Of a stretch of 64,000 bases of DNA, positions 49,570-59,951 are shown in pieces. The notes beneath the pieces were generated by a model, which saw only the letters and a list, made by a program, of their open reading frames with translations, had not been told where the DNA came from and did not search any database. Position numbers and translations under genes: made by a program. Position 1 is the first letter of the stretch, and the number at the start of each line of letters is the position of its first letter. Where the stretch lies: contig NW_005434646.1 in NCBI RefSeq assembly GCF_000315625.1, positions 335,626-399,625 of the forward strand. Reading direction: 5' to 3'. This stretch comes from Guillardia theta CCMP2712. Taxonomy: Eukaryota; Protista; Cryptophyta.

Positions 49570-49796
49570 CATGCGCTTCCGATGCTGCCCCCCGGCTGTA
49601 GCTCATGAGTGGGATGAAAGTTGTTGGCGTGCTCAGTGCACCGGGATCATCCTAAACACCTGGCACATTTCCCCGGCCATCGTTTCGGTCAGTCAGTGAT
49701 TCACAATTGGCATCAGCTTCTTCAATTCGCCGGCTCTTACCAGCAATCTAGAGAAATCGCGCCGCCACAAGAAGTGGTCGTCAAATAAGAGTCTGA

Positions 49797-49911
49797 ACAC
49801 AAACATCATCAAACCTGAAATCGGCTATCAGTTAGCCAGTAATTTACCGGCACAATTGGCACACAAACATCATTGAAACCTGAAATCGGCTATCAATTAG
49901 CCAGTAATTTA
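49797..49911. repeat. ~50-bp imperfect direct duplication
   Basis: ACACAAACATCAT..AAACCTGAAATCGGCTATCA.TTAGCCAGTAATTTA occurs at ~49797 and ~49861. Confidence 0.85.
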
Positions 49912-50710
49912 TCTGGCGATACCGGGACTGTATCCGAGGGACAGTCCGATCAGTGTCTTTGCCTCGACCGTCCGATTGGCCTTGCCAGTTGAGTGCTGAA
50001 ACTTGAACAACTTGAATCTCAAGTGGGAGTTTACAGATGATGAAAGTTTTAACGGTGGTTCATGCGGCCATTACCATGATTGAATAATCGTTTGACATGA
50101 CCCATAGGACCGTTCGAGTGACCGGCGGTGTCACAGGGGGCACTGCCAGTGAACTTCGGAACTCGGAATATGATAATCATGTGCCGATCGTCAATATGCT
50201 ACTGAGTACGGTCACCTCACTGTGTCAGTATGAGTAAGGCGGCCCTCCTCGGCGGAGAGCGGCAATGACCCTCCATGCGGCAGCAGTGCGGTCACTGCTC
50301 AGTAAGTTGCAGCCGGGGCCCGCCCCGGGCCGGGCCCGGGCCGGGGCCCCGGCGGGGGCCAATCGCGGCCCGGCCGCCGGCACTGCCCGCAGCCCGGCCC
50401 GGCTGAGGAAGTTGAAACTGAGACGGTCCGCCGGGCGCCCGCCGGGCCGGCCCGCAGGTCTCACCGTGCCAGACCGTACGGTCAACCTTCAAGTCGTACT
50501 AACCGTTGAACGGTTGAACCCGGCGTCACGGTGCCGTGGCCGCCGGGACTCCTGAGGCGGCCGCGTGATCGGAAGTTTCAAGTTTGATCGAATCGCACGC
50601 GCCGCGGCACCCAGTGGCACGGTCAGTCGTACCGGCCCGGGCCGTACCGTGATGACTCACAGTGATGTCCAGGCCCGGGCTTCCCGGCAGGGCCGCACTA
50701 GTACGGTCGG

Positions 50711-50951
50711 ACCCTACAAAGTTTTCTCAGCCCCTCAACTGAGTCGTGGGAAACGTGGTACTGAGAAGACTCCCGATGAGGGCGTGAAGAGATTTCTTCT
50801 AAATCGAGGGACTCCCGGATGAGGTGGAGGCTGGCCCCCGCGGAGATCTGAGGGGCCCGTGAATGTTGGGGCCGTGACTGTATAAATCAGATTATCCAGC
50901 TTCGATTTGTTGAGCGGAGGGATCAAGCTGAGCCGCTTCCGAGTTCCGTGC
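50711..50951 (+). repeat. Degenerate copy A of segment 53889-54228
   Basis: First 49 nt identical to 53889 onward, then colinear with short insertions and one large deletion. Confidence 0.9.
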
Positions 50952-51880
50952 CGCTTGCTTGGGAAGGGGAAGAGGATCATGATCAGCGAGTCGTTGAAGC
51001 CTGGCCGCTCCGATGCCGCTGATCGGATCGGACCGGGCGGCAAGGGCTGCCGCTGAGTGCAGTGCCGCGGCTAAGAGCCTGACTCAGTCACCGTCACTGT
51101 CAGGGCACCGCCTCCCGGGCCGGCCGACGGGGCCCCGGGAGTCCACTCCCGGCGGCCTCTCCGGTGGCAGGCTCCGGGCCCTCCCCGCCGGCCCGGGCTG
51201 GCCGACCGGCAACATGACAGAAAAAAAACCCCACGAACTCAGATGTAAATATGCGTGAAACGTTGCATTTTCACGCCTGCTACAGGGGTAGGTTCTCTGC
51301 CGTTCCCAGCATGGTCCTGTCGCCATACTCCTGGAAGCCTGCTTTTAAACCTGCTCGGACCGGCTAGCATGTGGGGGTGGTATCTTTAGGGGGAAGGCGG
51401 GGGGGTACAAGACATGGAAGTTGGCGGTAAGGTTCCGTGATTCCGTCCTTGTGCTCTTGCTAAAGTGAAATCAAGAACCCTCACCCGATAAAAGACCAAC
51501 ACACTCAAGATGAGGTGGGTGGTTTTGAGGTGTAAGCTCAAAGCCCCTCGTTACCACCCCACAGTGAAAACTTCGGACGTATTTTCAAAGTACAGGTAGC
51601 AGGGGTAGGGTCTATGGAACATTTCCGGCGTGGTACCTACTCTCGACCCTACTTAGGTAGGCTATGTGGTGGGGGAACGTGCAAACACGGGGGTTGAGGT
51701 TGAAGATGGAGTGGGTAGGGTCACGTCCGGGGGTGGGGTTATTCCGCATCTCTTTTTGCAGTGAGAGAACCCTACCCCGTGAAAGCCGGGAAAAGCTGAG
51801 AATGGTGTTGGGTGGGGTAGGAGTGAGGGGCTAGCAGTCTACTTCCTCGTCACCTGCAAGATCTCCTCAACCTACATCAC

Positions 51881-52684
51881 ATGCCGAGGGTCAGGAAGAA
51901 TACACACACAAACAAGGAGAAGAAGATCAATCGAGTGAGGTTTGACAGCTTCATGCGCCTATGGGAAACCATGTTTCGACTGCAGATCGTCAGGATTATT
52001 GAGGTGGACGAAAAAAACGAAGCTATCGTCATGGAGGCGAGGCAGCCCGAGTTCCACAATCGTTTGCTGGAAGCAGCCAAGGAAGACAAAGCCTGGTGGG
52101 GAATGAACCGCAAACAGCTCGATAAGATCAAAAGCTTCTCGAAGATCATGTACAAGTTCTTGGGCTCGTTATGCCTCCGGCCTGTTCCAAGAACAAGGCC
52201 CAACAGTGCGCAATCATTGGAGGACAAGCAGGACTTCTTGTGGTCGAGGCGTTGGAGGTTTCATGTCCAACGCAAGGAGCTTGAAGAGCATGACGATCTT
52301 CATGGCTTTCTTGCCCAGAAATGTCCTGATCACGTGCAGAGTCCGCTTCTTACTCCGAATGTCAAGAGTGCTGCCGTGGGCACGGACGGGAGCAGCAACC
52401 TCCATCAAGTCATGTCCGAGTCAGACGCTGTCTCTACACTACGGGACAGCGATGAGAGTGACACAGATGGAGGCATCTGCGCAGAGATGGAGGATCAATT
52501 CCATGACGCCGGCATGTTCCATGATGCCGGCATGTTCCCTGATGCCGGCATGTTCCATGACAATGCCGGCATGTTCCTTGCCACGGAACTTGAAGCGGCC
52601 TCACTCCCAGACTCGGAGCTCACCTTGAACGATGACGACGATATCTTCAACTTCAATGTATTGTGTATGTCTCCGGGGTCGTGA
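51881..52684 (+). CDS. Hypothetical intronless protein with acidic tail and short MFHDAG repeats
   Basis: 267-aa protein-like ORF with 18-bp repeats at ~52500-52580; no family recognised. Confidence 0.5.
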   Translation: MPRVRKNTHTNKEKKINRVRFDSFMRLWETMFRLQIVRIIEVDEKNEAIVMEARQPEFHNRLLEAAKEDKAWWGMNRKQLDKIKSFSKIMYKFLGSLCLRPVPRTRPNSAQSLEDKQDFLWSRRWRFHVQRKELEEHDDLHGFLAQKCPDHVQSPLLTPNVKSAAVGTDGSSNLHQVMSESDAVSTLRDSDESDTDGGICAEMEDQFHDAGMFHDAGMFPDAGMFHDNAGMFLATELEAASLPDSELTLNDDDDIFNFNVLCMSPGS

Positions 52685-53888
52685 CGGTAGTCCTTCAATT
52701 CGGCACTGATCGGACTCCCGGAGTCCGGTCCGGCCGGGCCGCGGAAGTCCCGGACTGGTACCCCGGCGTGGCCGCTGCACTCAGCGCGGCGGCGGGCAGA
52801 CACCGTCACGCCGCGGCCGCGTCTGACTGCACTGCTGCAGACGCCGCCGACACGGCGCGGGCCGCGCGTCGGACCGTCGGACTGCACCGTCACTGGCACT
52901 CCAGGCTCCGGGCCCGGCGGAGGCCGCCGGTGACTCTACGGTGCGGCCGTCACCGAGTCGAAGGCGCGGCCCGCCCCGCCGCCCGGCCCGGGCCCGTTGC
53001 CGCGGCCGCGGCCGGGCGCGTGATAGTAGCCCGGGGCGCCCGGCGCAGCGGCGGGCCGGGCGGCGGGCCGGGCCCGGCGTCACAGGCTGAGCCTGAGTCA
53101 CGGAGTCGGCACGTCGTCACAAGTACTCAGGCTGTCACAGTGTGACTCGCTCTCAACCTGGCCTAGGCTCCCGCCGGCGGCGCCGGAGTCCGTCCGCCGC
53201 GCCCGGGTTCACTGATTACTGAGCCGCGGCGGGCTCACCGTCACGGTGCCTAGTAGACTATGATTAAGTCCAGTCAGTCATGAAAAGTAAAACGCAATAC
53301 TAGGCTAGGCTTTGTTTTTAACTTACTGCCAACCGTCAGTTCACAGAGTCACTGAGTCAAGTACCGTCGACTTCAGTAGGCCTGCCAAACGGCCCGTGAC
53401 AGTCACAGGTACCACAACTTTCAAACATTCATCATCCCGCCCCCGGCCTCCCAAGTTTGAGGAGCGATCAGTGACCCGCTGCGTCAACGTCAGACGTATG
53501 CTCGACGTATGCGCCGTCGCCTTACCCAGTGTTATCGCTACACTGGTACACATCTTATGCCCCAGCATGGGCTATGCCATACGTTGCCGCTCCATTATTT
53601 CAAATGCGGCAGCGGCATCCGATGATCGAAAGCTACGCAGCCATGGAGCCAGGCCCGGAGAGCATGATGAGGTTCGAAGTTCGTCGATTCAAGTTCATGT
53701 GCATGTCCAAGCTCAACACATTGGAAGAGAGGACGATTGCATCATCCGTGTCCTCGCTAGCCGCCAAGTTGCGGGGGTGGAGAACTCGGGAGGTGAGCAG
53801 TGAGAATGGAAGAGCACGATGGACAGTTGAGAAAGGAGATCCAGGCTTGCCGGTGAGTGGTCAAAGCTTGCCCCAGTCACTGAGTCGC

Positions 53889-54228
53889 ACCCTACAAAGT
53901 TTTCTCAGCCCCTCAACTGAGTCGTGGGAAACGTGGTGGAAGATGAGGGCGTGAAGAGATTTCTTCTACATCGAGGGATGAGGTGGAGGCTGGGAGATCT
54001 GAGGGGTGACTGTTAGGGACTGTATAAATCAGATTCTCCAGCTTCGGAATTTCCTGCGATTTTTCGAGGTTCAGTGGAGCAGTGAAGAGAGTTGGAGAGG
54101 AGGAAGAGGAGGAGAAGGTAGAGGAGAAGGCGGAGGAGGAGGAGATCCTGTTGTACGATCTTGCTGTTCACTTGGTCGAACTCACGGGACGGTGTTTGAG
54201 CGGAGGAATCAAGCTGAGCCTTCCGTGC
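53889..54228 (+). repeat. Copy B (less disrupted) of the duplicated segment; probable minus-strand gene remnant
   Basis: Colinear with 50711-50951. Minus frame reads ...EIPKLENLIYTV...PPRFPRLS*. Confidence 0.85.
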
Positions 54229-54493
54229 TCTGACCTGCTGCTGCTGCCTGTTCTTGGGGACTTGTACTTCGATCACCTGACCTCCTGCAGCTCCTACAGG
54301 AAGCGCAAGCCGCAAGCAGCAGGAGAAAAGGCACGCCGAAGCTCCAACGACGTGAGCTCTTCTCCTCTGGGTCTGGTCATGCGTGACGGTTGTGTAGTTG
54401 TTGTACGATGAAATGTGAGAAGAGGAAGGGGGGGCTCACAACAAGCTCGTTGATGCCTGAGTGACAGTGAGGGGAAAAAGATGTCAGGAGAAG

Positions 54494-54610
54494 GCACGAC
54501 GCACGACGCACGACGCACGACGCACGCGCACGATGCACGACGTAGGACGCAGGACGCAGGACGCAGGACGTAAAACGCAGGACGCAGGACGTAAAACGCA
54601 GGACGCAGGA
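54494..54610. repeat. 7-bp microsatellite (CGCACGA/CGCAGGA)n
   Basis: Tandem heptamers visible. Confidence 0.9.
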
Positions 54611-55682
54611 GGGAGCGCAGGAGAAAGATTCGCCGGTCTCTCCTGTTTCTTCAACGGTCACAGGCTGCCAGTCACGGCTAAACTGTCGCCAGCAGTCCGG
54701 GTCAGTGAGCAGCCCGTGCAAGTCTGACGAACTCAGTTGTGTTCCCAGCCGGGCTAACGCCGGGTACGGACAAGTACAGGTCTGCTGGGGTGCGCTCGGC
54801 GTGTGTAGCGGGGAGACGTACAGGACTGAAGGGGCCGTAAGCCACTGCATCACACTGTACATCTCATCGTGACTGAGAGTCAGACACATGATCATTCAAA
54901 ACGATATATGCCGCCCACTGTATTTCCTTGCTATCCGCCTCTCCCCTTCGCAGACATACTCAAAGAAGCGCATCTCCACCACCATTGTCTCCTACACAAA
55001 CCATTGTCTCCAAGCAGCTCACTGTCATTACGACAACGACACAGCTCTCCCGGTTCGTCATCATGTCGTTGACATGAAGGTGGGATTTCATGCTGGAGGA
55101 TTCTTTGTTCAGCATACAATTTCGTATGCTTTCTTGCGTGGTCTTTCGTGCCAATTTACTGAAAAACTGAGAGGCTGAGTCAATGCTTACTTCCGATACT
55201 CGACTCACCGTCCTCACTGAATCTTTTTGTCTTCCGATGACAGACCGCTCAAACGAGTCTGCCACTGGCTCAGAAGTTCTAGTGGCCCTGGATGGCGTCA
55301 TGATCGTGGCCTCGCAGGCAGTGACGCAGGTCTGAACTTGGGTAATGAACAGCATTGAATCCGCCGATGATCAGCCCCGCCGGCTCAGCCGCTGAGCAAT
55401 CGGAGCCTTCTGCCCGCGGCCCCGCAAGCTCAGCAAGAGCGGGCTGCCAGGCTCAGCCTGGAAAACTTGAGCCATGATTGACTCGCCTGGGTAGATTCCG
55501 AGCACCGTTTGGGGCCGTGTAAGCGCCATGACTCGACTCCGGCGATGTGACGGGAGTCAGGCCGTGTGACTTCAAGTGCCGTTCAGTGACGATCGGACGG
55601 GCCGGTTTTAACTATGATTTCAATCGATTCGTTCCGTTCTTGATTCGATTCCATCGCCAGTTCAATCCACCACCGAGGCGCC

Positions 55683-58506
55683 ATGGCAGGTGCTGCAGCG
55701 TTACCCTTGAGTGATGTCCTCATTGTCGTGCATGACCATCTGAGGTCTTGTCCTTAAGATGATAGCAACTAGCTTGATTGCCTCGGCCCATCACGAGACA
55801 TGCATCTCACGCTCTCTGCGGGTTACTGCTGATATTCAGAGGGGTCTGGCTTGCTTTTGAATGCTCCTTGCTGCAATGCATGGGATGAAAGTTGTTTGCT
55901 TTGTCCTCGTCTTTCCATGCGATTTCTCTTGGATCTTACCTGTATGTGATGAATTTCTGATGTATCCATCATTTATACAGTCTGGTTGGATGCCTATCAT
56001 GATCCGATGGCGTCAATTCACACAACCCCTTCCTGTTTGAGATTGGTAACAGTTTAGTATTGCTTCCGTGTATTTACATCCTTCAGGTCGATGTCACGGG
56101 AAATGGAGACCCAAAGCTGATTGTCGCAGACCAAAACCAGAAGCTAAGGGTGTACAAAGGTCAATTTTTCTTTCAAGCAAGTCTGCATCCAACGAGCATT
56201 TGGTGACAGGGATCAACCTCATCTCCGAGCTTGCACTTCTTGATACACCATCAGCTATCTGTCCCTTCTATGCCGAACAGAAGGCTGGAGGAGGTTCTGA
56301 ACGTATTCCTTCCATTGCAGTGGCGTGTGGACAGGTGAGCGACTGTGGGAAAGTGTTTGGCCATTAATTGACCTATTGGCAGTTTATCTTCATATACAAG
56401 AAATTGAGGCCAAATTTCAAGTTTGCTCTACCAGCTCCTCAAGTCAGCGAAGAAGAACTCAACGTCTGGGTGAGAATCAAAGTTTACAAGAGAGAGGCTG
56501 TTTGTGATGGACCTTTGAAGGCGAAGCTTCGCAGCAGGTCTATCGAAGCAGATGATGCTTGCCAGAAGGTCAGTCCTGCAAAGAGTTCATGAATGCATGC
56601 AAAGTGATGATCGATGGCCAGCTCGTTAGTCTTCAGGAGAACGGCACGAATCTTACGTATCAGTCATCTGATTTGCTCTCGAAAGAGACGCTTGAAGATC
56701 GGACACTCTTTATCGAACAGAATCAAAAGGTTCAACCAAGTGTCTCCTGTTGACAGCTGTCCTACTGATGGCGGAATCAGGTGCCAGCGCATTCCACCAC
56801 GATAACGTGCATGGAAAGCATAAAGAAGAACAGCGATGATGAGACAGCCACGAGCTGCCTGGTGGTTGGAGCAGAGCACAAACAAGTCACTATTCTTGAC
56901 GCAACAAATTTCTCAATCTTGATGAAGGTAATGAAAAATAACAAGGGTTGGAAATGACGTGCGCTGAAGGTGACGCTTCCGGCTGTCCCAGCATTTATCG
57001 GAGTTACAGGGCTGATGGATGTGGAATATCGACTTGCCGTGGCTGGGCGGGGAAATGTCGTGTACATGATCAAGAACGGGCAGCTCATGGCTACGACCAT
57101 CGAGCTTGAGTCAAGCATTTGTGGTTTGATATGCAGTGGGAAAAGCATCATTGTAGCCGACGCACAAAATGTCATGTATTCCTTCCATTTCAAGGGGAAG
57201 AAGAACTACTCCATTCACATGCCAGCTCCGATACAAGCGTTGGAAACTATGCAGGTTGTAGAAGCGCCAATTGTGCAAATAGTGCTTGAGGTGACGGTTG
57301 TGGGCTGTTTGTGGACAGGTGGATAGCGTATCGAACAATGTTTTACAACTCGTCGCGCTTCAAAATGGCGAGATAAGGCTGTATCGCGAGAAGACATTAG
57401 TTTCGAGTATAACTTCGAACGATGTCGTGACTTGCATGCGATTCGGTAAGTATGCCAGGGAGGATTCAACGTTGCTTCTGGTTTACAAGGTTACGGATTT
57501 CGTAATCTTCTTTTCGCTGAAAAGATGAATACCAGAATGGAGGAATGGCTATCAAGATTCTATCAAGGAACAGTAATCTTAACAAGGTGAGACAGACTGG
57601 ATTCTGCCACCACAAAACTAAGGCATACGCGTAGACAAGTAAGACAGGGGGTCCTCCGCCTGAACAAGACATTCCACTGAATGTCCCGAAGAAAACGAAA
57701 CTCTACATCGAACAGACCCAGGCAAGAAGTTGTACCCTGGCATCTGAGAACTGAATCAAGGATTGCAGCGAGAAAAGCAGCAAGCGATTGATATGCATAG
57801 AATCTTTCAACGAGACCTGTGCAAGGTGAAATCGTGTTTGCATGGAAGACGACCTGACATGTACCTGTAGCTAAGATTGAATGCTGCTAGATCGTATGTG
57901 AAGATCCTAACAGATGGCAATGTAAGATCGGGTATGCTACGGTATTGCTGTCTCTAAATGTCGAAGCAGAAAACTTCTTCACATTCCATTACAGCATCCT
58001 TGAAGCTTAACGTCGAGGTTGGTATGGTTCTGTTTGTTTTTTGACATGATATCGGGATAAGGTTCAAGGCTTGGGACCATATTACAAATTGATTATGACG
58101 ATCACCAACACGGGGACAAAAATCAACTCTGGTAACCCATCTTCATGTGGCAGAAATACGGTGCTGAGATCAACATGCAGATTGCAAGGTGATGATACGA
58201 TATAATCCTGATCTGTACAAGATGCAAAGCTCGTTTCTTGATCTGCCACCATTGATGCCTGGACCGCAATATCGCTTCGAGGAGAAGGTGAGATGCGCCT
58301 TTGTGATGCATCAAGAAGGTGAGTAGACGGCAGATCATGTTCACAGAACGAGGAGGAGGATGCGAACCGGTGCACGTCTTTGTGAACCTCCAATCAAGGT
58401 ATGAAGCGAAGCGATGGCAAGGACAAGATGGTAACATCAGTCCAGCATTGTACCTGTATTATCAGCTCAAGTGGAAATGCCATACTGCGATCCATTCGAC
58501 GAGTGA
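55683..58506 (+). CDS. BBS1: Bardet-Biedl syndrome 1 protein (BBSome), many short exons
   Basis: WLDAYHDP, FIYKKLRPNFKFALP, EYRLAVAGR, FGKYARED, LNVPKKTKLYIEQTQRE, MHRIFQRDL, VQGLGP and PVLSAQVEMP. Start approximate. Confidence 0.93.
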
Positions 58507-58634
58507 GCAGCGGCAGAGGTAGCGGCACCGGCAGCGGCAGGAGGAGAGGTCTTGTACATGTACGTGATGGAGATCGGTGTGAGGAAGCGATAAGGAAGAG
58601 AATTTCGATGGATATGCAGATAGGAAAGATATCT

Positions 58635-58889
58635 TTATTCGATTGGTGTAATATACGCTAGTTTACACAAAGCCAGCCGGGCTTCTTGCTTGTAGAGGTC
58701 AATGGGGATGGGAATAGCCATCTCGTCCTGGCTCTCGTCCTCGTCGTCTGAGTGGGGGCAGTAGGAATGCAAAAAGAAAACGTTGGGAGAATCGTCTGAC
58801 TGATAGAACTCCCTGAGGCATCGGGGTGTCGTGGTGGAGGAGTGCACCTCCTCGAGAAGGCCTTGGACTTCATTTTGCTTCTCTGCCAT
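58635..58889 (-). CDS. Small hypothetical protein
   Basis: 84-aa ATG-initiated ORF preceded by a sense-strand G-rich upstream tract. Confidence 0.4.
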   Translation of the reverse strand: MAEKQNEVQGLLEEVHSSTTTPRCLREFYQSDDSPNVFFLHSYCPHSDDEDESQDEMAIPIPIDLYKQEARLALCKLAYITPIE

Positions 58890-59951
58890 GTCTGGCTGTA
58901 TGCTTCGATGCCCGCTGGATAACCTACCCCCTCTTATTAGCCTAGTGGGATGCCATGACTTTTCGCATCACCCACCCCTTGGATAAGATTATTGAACCCC
59001 CACCCCTCAATTCTTTTGATGTGATACCGTATACCTCTACTTTAGGAACCCCCCCTCCCCTGTCCAATCACCCCAATGAGCTCATCACCCCCATACGATC
59101 ACCTCCCACCCTCCTTATTCCAATATGGGGGTGGCTGTCACCAATCTCAGAAAACGACAAACTAGCGACAAAGAAACAAAAATCTCTCAAGGTACCTACT
59201 ACTACCCCGTCCTTTACGGTGTTTTGTGTCCCATGGTGGTTCTTCTTTTTTTGTCGTAAAAGATAAAAAAAAGAAACTTTCTTTGGTCAAACAAGTTCCA
59301 CCCTACCCCCAGCAACAATGAACCCCCTGTGAACCATCGAAAGCAATCCCTCACCCACCTCATGCCCACAAGACCCCGACAAAATATCACCCCACCACCT
59401 GTAATTACCCCACCCTATGATAAATGGGGATGGAAGAGACAGAGGACCCCCCTTTTTTCCATACCACCCCTACCCCCTGTTCATCAAGGAGTCCTCGCGA
59501 GGTTTTTAAAACCGATTGAAAACAACATACGTACACTAGAGTTCTACGACAAAATCATATATACACTCTTTATAACTCATTCGATTACATATGGTAGTAT
59601 TTTAGCTTGGGAGAATAATACTTGTTATCTTTTAAAATCCCGTGTGGCCCGAAGTTGGCCGCGGCGAGGTCCGATCAACAGTACGTAGTGCCTTTACTCA
59701 ACCAATCGAGTAGCAACTGAGTTGGCCGGGCCGCCGCCTGCCAGTCCGGGCCGACGGGGCCGCGCCAATCACACGAGTCCGGCGCTGGACTTGAAGCCGC
59801 CGGCCGCGGCCGCGGCGGCCGCCGGGTCAGCTCCGCCTCCGGCGAGCGGCAGTAACCGGTCCGCTGCCGCTCCGTATCGAGTGCATCACTTTAGTAACTT
59901 GGCGGACTAGTTGGAACCTATTCCTCCTCTAGGATGTCTAGACCTCTCTTC

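Noticed and set aside
50225-53145. Many Arg/Gly/Pro/Ala-rich ORFs in GC tracts (also 32421-32916)
   Set aside because: A by-product of stop-poor GC-rich low-complexity DNA; no domain-like features.
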